Source: a virus (Duplodnaviria; Caudoviricetes). From it: a stretch of 31,924 bases of DNA. Shown here piece after piece: positions 27,058 to 31,924 of the stretch. A program made the position numbers and the translations under genes. The notes under the pieces are model-generated. The model searched no databases, was not told where the DNA came from, and saw only the letters and a program-made list of their open reading frames with translations. The stretch's first letter is position 1. Each line of letters opens with the position of its first letter. The stretch spans positions 1 to 31,924 of the IMG/VR virus record IMGVR_UViG_3300005096_000012; one strand, 5' to 3'.

Positions 27058-27332
27058 ATTATATACAAAAAGCAATAGACTTACTGGAAGTAGAATTAAA
27101 AATGAAAGGGACACCTTACGAAGGTCTGTTGGAGCTTTATGGATTACTTATATTCACGCAAGGTGAGAATTGTACCAACGAGCATATACACGATGCTTGG
27201 AGTATTTGGCAAAATAGAACAGACCCAAAACACCGTTCGCTAAAACCGTTTGAAGACTTAACTTTTGAAGTACAAGAGCTGGACGGTGAGTATCGTGACG
27301 CTGTAATTAGAGTTGCTAATCAATTATTATGA
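27054..27332 (+). CDS. Conserved phage protein with RyR-repeat-like motif
   Basis: HDAWSIW...HRSLKPFEDLTFEVQELD. Confidence 0.6.
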   Translation: MNYIQKAIDLLEVELKMKGTPYEGLLELYGLLIFTQGENCTNEHIHDAWSIWQNRTDPKHRSLKPFEDLTFEVQELDGEYRDAVIRVANQLL

Positions 27333-27673
27333 CACTACTACAAACAATACGAGAGGGGGAGAGGGAGTTTGAGAAGGATGTGAGTGAATACAAGATGGCC
27401 TCTATTAAAACACCGTCAAGACTAAATGAGGAAATTTCGCCAATGATTCTTGGTACAATAGAAATATATAGAAAAAGATACACCTCCCAAACAATCGCAC
27501 TACTAGAGGCTCAGAATGAGGAGTTGGATTTGAAAATTAAAAGGGAAGTAGGTATACAAACCGTAATTCCAGATGTTGAAGGTATAGCCATGGCTTTCAG
27601 TTTAGGTATAAAGAACTCCCTTCAAACCACCATAGACATTAACAGTAGAATAATCGCAGAATTACAATCATGA
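27329..27673 (+). CDS. Hypothetical protein
   Basis: ATGA-coupled ORF. Confidence 0.55.
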   Translation: MTLLQTIREGEREFEKDVSEYKMASIKTPSRLNEEISPMILGTIEIYRKRYTSQTIALLEAQNEELDLKIKREVGIQTVIPDVEGIAMAFSLGIKNSLQTTIDINSRIIAELQS

Positions 27674-28266
27674 AGAAATGTGCGAAATGCGGAATTGTCA
27701 GCAGTAATTATTCCCCTCACAAACGCGCTAAAGACGGGATACAAAGCCGTTGTAAGGGTTGTAAAAAAGTAGAAATTGACTCATTCCATAAGACAAAAAA
27801 AGGCATTGTAAGTAAGTTCTATTATCAGCAAAGGGCAAACTCCATAAAAAGAGGTCATATCCCGCCATCATATTCTATCCAAGAACTGCGAGAATGGGTA
27901 TTTAAACAAAAGGATTTTGAGTTGCTATATACGAATTGGGTAAATAGCGGGTATGAGACAATGAAAAAACCAAGCATAGACAGACTGGATGATAGTATAG
28001 GTTATGCTTTTGACAATATACAACTAATAACATGGCAGGAGAATAAAGACAAAGGACATCGGGATATGCGGGAAGGAAAGATTACCAATAACACCAATCC
28101 ACAGAAAAGAGTAATACAGAAAAAGATGAACGGCGATGTGATTGCTGAATTTGTGTCAGCGAATGACGCATCGAGAAAGACTGGGATAACGCAACCACAC
28201 ATATCGAGAGTATGTAACGGTTTCGGTAAAACCGCACATGGATTTTTATGGGAATTTAAAGATTAA
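27670..28266 (+). CDS. HNH-type homing-endonuclease-like protein with NUMOD1 DNA-binding domain
   Basis: CxxC...CxxC; SIDRLDDSIGYAFDNIQLITWQEN; C-terminal FVSANDASRKTGITQPHISRVC...GFLWEF. Confidence 0.78.
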   Translation: MKKCAKCGIVSSNYSPHKRAKDGIQSRCKGCKKVEIDSFHKTKKGIVSKFYYQQRANSIKRGHIPPSYSIQELREWVFKQKDFELLYTNWVNSGYETMKKPSIDRLDDSIGYAFDNIQLITWQENKDKGHRDMREGKITNNTNPQKRVIQKKMNGDVIAEFVSANDASRKTGITQPHISRVCNGFGKTAHGFLWEFKD

Positions 28267-28274
28267 AGCATATC

Positions 28275-28544
28275 ATGAACAAAATAAAACAAGCAATGGA
28301 AGCAGGGGTTGAGGAGTTTGTTAAAGAATATTCTGCTGAGCTCGGATTTGAAGACGGATTTAGTACAACAGTGCAACCAAGATACATTGAGGAGTATGTG
28401 GACTGGCTCAAATCCCACCAACACACCCTCATAGACGCTGTTGTGGAGGAGGTGTGGAGTCATCTGGGCATGAATGGTGGATTGCGGAGTAAAGATGAAG
28501 CCCTCCAAGACATAGTAGAACTATTACAAGACGCTAAGGAATAA
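28275..28544 (+). CDS. Hypothetical protein
   Basis: ORF on the coding strand. Confidence 0.55.
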   Translation: MNKIKQAMEAGVEEFVKEYSAELGFEDGFSTTVQPRYIEEYVDWLKSHQHTLIDAVVEEVWSHLGMNGGLRSKDEALQDIVELLQDAKE

Positions 28545-28594
28545 GAGTATGACAAACTCTGGGGGCAGTTATTAGATTTATTTGAATTGAAGGT

Positions 28595-28807
28595 ATGAAA
28601 ACAGAACTAAAATTATATGTATGGGAAGATGTATTGCGTGATTATACAGAAGGAATGGTGTGTATTCTCGCAGAAGACCTAGAGCAAGCACGTGAGGTGT
28701 TCTTAAAGAAGTATAAGAGTGAGCAATACATACTCGATGACTTCTTTGGGAAACCTTATAAAGTAATAACAACACCAGACGCATTTTATGTATATGGTGG
28801 AGGGTAA
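28595..28807 (+). CDS. Hypothetical protein
   Basis: LKLYVWEDVLRDYTEGM...AEDLEQAR...YGGG. Confidence 0.6.
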   Translation: MKTELKLYVWEDVLRDYTEGMVCILAEDLEQAREVFLKKYKSEQYILDDFFGKPYKVITTPDAFYVYGGG

Positions 28808-28817
28808 TTAAAACACT

Positions 28818-29321
28818 ATGAAATCAAAATGCCATAACGCAGAAATGCGAGTAGAGGGAGATACCACTAATTACTACGTCTGTACTGTATGTGAGAAGGC
28901 GTGTGACGAAATGTCCGATAATAGCGGACGGTTGGAAACAAACACTATAGAGGAGATGGTGAGGGAGTTTGATAAGTACATTGGTGCAGTGTCTAAAGAA
29001 CTTGTCAGTGGGAAAGATTTTGCAATAGGTTTTAAGGAAGAAATCCAACAAGCCCTCACCAAAGCCAAAGAACAGGGAGCACAAGAAACCCTAGAGAAGT
29101 TACGCACCTCCATAGAGGCAGAAGCATTATCGTGTTCAAAGAAGATAGATGAGGCACGAGAGCAGGGAGCGAGGGAGGAAAGGGAACAAATAGCTGAGTG
29201 GGTAGAAGATATGAATACACCAACTGCAAATGTAATGGCAGTAGCAGTCAGGAATGAAATAATCTTAATCCTTAAAAGCCTAAAGCAAGGAAATGACGAA
29301 GCCCTAACACCACAAGAGTAA
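28818..29321 (+). CDS. Hypothetical protein with N-terminal Zn ribbon
   Basis: SKCHNA...YYVCTVCEKACD; internal repeat AKEQGAQE/AREQGARE. Confidence 0.6.
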   Translation: MKSKCHNAEMRVEGDTTNYYVCTVCEKACDEMSDNSGRLETNTIEEMVREFDKYIGAVSKELVSGKDFAIGFKEEIQQALTKAKEQGAQETLEKLRTSIEAEALSCSKKIDEAREQGAREEREQIAEWVEDMNTPTANVMAVAVRNEIILILKSLKQGNDEALTPQE

Positions 29322-29381
29322 TATGAAAATAATAACCATACAAAAGACAGTACAAGGTAGACGAGTATATAACAAACAACC

Positions 29382-29654
29382 ATGAAACAAAGAAACTTTA
29401 AGAAATGGATGCCTATAGAGATAACGTGGCTAGATAGCACTCATAGTTCTGGGTGGAGGTTCGAGGACGATGTGCCACTAGATGATAAAAGCCTTGTTCA
29501 TAAAACAATAGGATATTTCAGAGGAAATACAGAACAGAGTATAAATGTAGTCCAAAGTATGAGTGTCGGGAAACATTATGACGGTACTCATTCCATAGAC
29601 GCTCGGATGCAGATACCATGGTGTGCGATTCTTAAGGTTAAGAAGTTAGTATGA
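29382..29654 (+). CDS. Conserved small phage protein
   Basis: IEITWLDS...GW...TIGY...IPWCAILKV. Confidence 0.6.
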   Translation: MKQRNFKKWMPIEITWLDSTHSSGWRFEDDVPLDDKSLVHKTIGYFRGNTEQSINVVQSMSVGKHYDGTHSIDARMQIPWCAILKVKKLV

Positions 29655-30259
29655 AGATAATTCTACACCTATGTGCAGACACAGGGAGCGACTCAATGCC
29701 GTATAAAATGGAAGGGTATGATGTTCGTCTTATTGGAAGCGATATTGGTGTAGAAAATTACACACCACCTGATGGTGTGTGTGGGGTATTTGCTAACCCT
29801 GTTTGTACCGAGTTTAGTACAGCAAGAGCAGATGGTAATGCTCGTGACCCAGAGAAAGGAATGTTTCTTGTAAGAGAGTGTCAGCGAATAATAGAGCAAG
29901 CCAGCCCTAAGTTTTGGGTTATTGAAAATCCAGCTAGAGGTGTACTGAAAAACTACCTTGGTGAACCACAATACAAATATGAGCCGTGGTGGTACGGTAG
30001 TCCGTGGACTAAACAAACAGCACTCTGGGGCAAGTTTAATATACCTGAAAGGAAGTATCAGAATTGGAAAGACGTCCCTAAGAATGAAGAGTTGTACGTT
30101 CGACCTAATAGACCGAAGCCGTCACTTGCGTTTATGCACAAGTCCAGCTATCACCTGATACCAGAGTTTCAGGTATTACCAGAGCCACAAAGCGATATGG
30201 AGTTTAGAAGTATCTGTAGTCAGAAGTTTGCAGAAGCATTTTTTAAAGTAAATAAATAA
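29651..30259 (+). CDS. Short C5-cytosine DNA methyltransferase-like protein
   Basis: IILHLCADTG (motif I-like), ANPVCTEFS (motif IV), WVIENP (motif VI), KQTALWG. Confidence 0.75.
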   Translation: MKIILHLCADTGSDSMPYKMEGYDVRLIGSDIGVENYTPPDGVCGVFANPVCTEFSTARADGNARDPEKGMFLVRECQRIIEQASPKFWVIENPARGVLKNYLGEPQYKYEPWWYGSPWTKQTALWGKFNIPERKYQNWKDVPKNEELYVRPNRPKPSLAFMHKSSYHLIPEFQVLPEPQSDMEFRSICSQKFAEAFFKVNK

Positions 30260-30260
30260 C

Positions 30261-30461
30261 ATGACATCAGTAAACGAGCTTAACGCGTACAACCTGGGGA
30301 TGAAGGAGGGGGAGAGGGTAGGAATGAAAGCAGGGGAGAAAGCGAGTCATACTAAGTTGCATAAGATTCTGGTTGAAGAAAGAAAAAGATACTTACGCTT
30401 GAACCAAGGGGGAGGTGTCCGTATCATACAGAGGCTTATTGCAAAATTTATGGTAAAATAA
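30261..30461 (+). CDS. Hypothetical protein
   Basis: 66-aa ORF, last of the operon. Confidence 0.5.
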   Translation: MTSVNELNAYNLGMKEGERVGMKAGEKASHTKLHKILVEERKRYLRLNQGGGVRIIQRLIAKFMVK

Positions 30462-30465
30462 GAGT

Positions 30466-30556
30466 AATCCGTAACACCAAGGGGAGTTGGAATGGTTACG
30501 GTGTACATCCCCCAAGTGGCTAAGAAAGCAATTATCCCCTCTAGGGGATTTTTGCT
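30466..30556 (+). ncRNA. Putative small structured RNA with its own promoter and terminator
   Basis: TGGTAAAAT at 30451-30459; stem CCGTAAC/GTTACGG; terminator ATCCCCT-CT-AGGGGAT-TTTT. Confidence 0.45.
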
Positions 30557-30574
30557 ATGTGATATACTGAGGGT

Positions 30575-30745
30575 GGAAGGTCTTTGACAGGTGGTGTGTA
30601 GTATTCAGGGAGTGAGGGGTTTCGACCCTATGTAAAAATGGCCTACCAACTTAAGAGCGTGGAATTTAAAGAAATGTATAAGGATTCCTTAAACTTATAA
30701 ACGTCAGGACTGGCGACCATTCCTTGAATATTACACATCACAGCA
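30575..30745 (+). ncRNA. Putative structured RNA closed by a 24-bp stem
   Basis: TGATATACT promoter at 30560-30568; 30591-30614 pairs with 30718-30741 (20 Watson-Crick + 4 G-U). Confidence 0.55.
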
Positions 30746-30823
30746 ACAGGAGAACACCATGCCTAAGAAAGATGTATGCTGTTGGTGTTATAGATACGGA
30801 ATAGTATGATATAATATATCTAT

Positions 30824-31255
30824 ATGAATCCAAAAGAAATAAAAAAATTCTTCTCCAAAATTGAGAAAACAAAAACATGTTGGATTTGGACTGGTGCCGA
30901 CAACGGTGCTGGGTATGGTAGATTTCACTCAAATTATTCTGACAAAAGAGTTCATCGAGTTTCTTATGAGTTTTTTACAGGTGAGAAGATACCAAAAGGT
31001 TTAGTAATTGACCATTTATGTCGCAATCGTAAATGTGTCAATCCTGATCATTTGGAGGTTGTCAGTCATAAGGTCAATATTCTCAGAGGTAACGGTGTAG
31101 GAGCTGTCAATAAAGCAAAGACACATTGCAAGTTCGGACATGAGTTTAGTGGGGATAACCTTGCTATCCAAATAAGACCGAATGGTGCAAAATGGAGAAT
31201 CTGTGTTACATGCAAAAAGACAAGGTACAAAAACAACAAGGAGAAAAAATCGTGA
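30824..31255 (+). CDS. HNH endonuclease with C-terminal Zn-binding motif
   Basis: CWIWTG...GYGRF...HRVSYE...IDHLCRNRKCVNPDHLEVVSHKVN; KTHCKFGH...CVTC. Confidence 0.9.
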   Translation: MNPKEIKKFFSKIEKTKTCWIWTGADNGAGYGRFHSNYSDKRVHRVSYEFFTGEKIPKGLVIDHLCRNRKCVNPDHLEVVSHKVNILRGNGVGAVNKAKTHCKFGHEFSGDNLAIQIRPNGAKWRICVTCKKTRYKNNKEKKS

Positions 31256-31265
31256 AAAATACTTT

Positions 31266-31293
31266 TATCAGCTATATCAGCTATATCAGCTAT
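31266..31293. repeat. 9-bp tandem repeat (ATCAGCTAT)x3
   Basis: Directly visible between the two HNH genes. Confidence 0.85.
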
Positions 31294-31389
31294 ATGAGAT
31301 AGTAAGTGTTGATAGCTTGAAAGGTTTTTTTGCAAATACTTTTCAGATGATGAAGTCACAATGCGTTCATACTATCAGGAGGATGAGTA

Positions 31390-31605
31390 ATGCACCCAAA
31401 TACTAACGTCTGTCCAAAGTGTCGGGAAACAAAACCCCTGACTAAGCACCATATTTTTCCAATACGCCATTATGGAAAGGAAGGAAACAAACGGATATTC
31501 AAACTCTGCCGTTCCTGCCATGATGCCCTTGAGCGGTTGATACCGTTTGAGAAACAACATCGGTCATTCTATCCAAGAGTGATTGTACAATTCATGGAGG
31601 ACTAA
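31390..31605 (+). CDS. Minimal HNH nuclease-like protein (71 aa)
   Basis: CPKC...TKHHIFP...LCRSCHD. Confidence 0.75.
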   Translation: MHPNTNVCPKCRETKPLTKHHIFPIRHYGKEGNKRIFKLCRSCHDALERLIPFEKQHRSFYPRVIVQFMED

Positions 31606-31607
31606 TT

Positions 31608-31751
31608 ATGTTGGAATGGTTAAAAAGACTTTTCAAGTATGATGAGCGTGACCCGCTTGAAACAGCATACAAGGATGAACACATGCCATGCCATTACCCT
31701 GCGTATTGCCGGTGTGATAAATGTCGCAAGAACGACTTACGGAAGGGTTAA
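31608..31751 (+). CDS. Small Cys/His-rich protein (47 aa)
   Basis: Hand-translated MLEWLKRLFKY...CHYPAYCRCDKCRKNDLRKG; GGAGG upstream. Confidence 0.5.
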   Translation: MLEWLKRLFKYDERDPLETAYKDEHMPCHYPAYCRCDKCRKNDLRKG

Positions 31752-31924
31752 CATGGGCACCTAAAGGCAGGTTAAACCCCTGACCCCATGACCAACCGTT
31801 CGGAATTTCCTAATAGTTCAGATATTTCCATTTTGGAAACAACTCAGAAAGGAGGTGTACCATCTCATACCGCAGGAGAACCCAGTTAATAGGGGAACCA
31901 AAGCGTGTGTGTACCTAGACCGTC

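Noticed and set aside
30469-30512. Twister or hammerhead ribozyme
   Set aside because: UAACAC is present but the other conserved core nucleotides and helices could not be placed
30612-30630. GGGGTTTCGACCC resembling a tRNA T-arm
   Set aside because: No acceptor, D or anticodon arms and no CCA; it is a UUCG hairpin within the larger RNA
30591-30741. Retron msr/msd or DGR interpretation of the long inverted repeat
   Set aside because: No reverse transcriptase is recognisable anywhere in the window and no TR/VR repeat pair was seen
19178-31560. - strand ORFs across the early arm (e.g. 24994-25557, 28874-29440)
   Set aside because: Antisense shadows of tightly coupled + strand genes
1-31924. 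Alternative genetic code
   Set aside because: Genes tile densely under code 11, with TGA, TAG and TAA all used as stops at coupled gene boundaries

Overview
The window looks like a complete, circularly permuted genome (about 31.9 kb) of a small podovirus-like tailed phage. It has two divergent arms. The minus-strand arm (18624 to 97) runs TerS, TerL, portal, scaffold, major capsid, tail adaptor/nozzle, three probable ejection proteins, tail fibre, a LamG protein, then holin and amidase. The plus-strand arm (19068 to about 31750) carries a Toprim primase with a C-terminal CHC2 zinc finger, an MCM-like AAA+ ATPase, a PD-(D/E)XK nuclease, two DNA methyltransferases, an SSB-like protein, VRR-NUC, a Gp157-like protein, three HNH-type proteins and many small ORFs. 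I recognise no integrase, repressor, DNA or RNA polymerase, tRNA or CRISPR array. A-rich SD-less starts with TGnTATAAT-type promoters suggest a CPR/Patescibacteria-like host (inference). The most unusual signals are non-coding: (i) mini H-type pseudoknots at predicted transcript 5' ends (primase, SSB, scaffold x2); (ii) tandem promoter-driven structured RNAs beside the HNH genes, including a 24-bp G-U-containing stem after a boxA-like motif; (iii) a repeated DnaA-box + ACCATAGCTATGGT operator module at three promoters; (iv) a hairpin that pairs the two ends of the window; (v) a frameshifted phospholipase-A2-like gene before the lysis genes. All protein calls come from motif recognition by eye; no database search was run.
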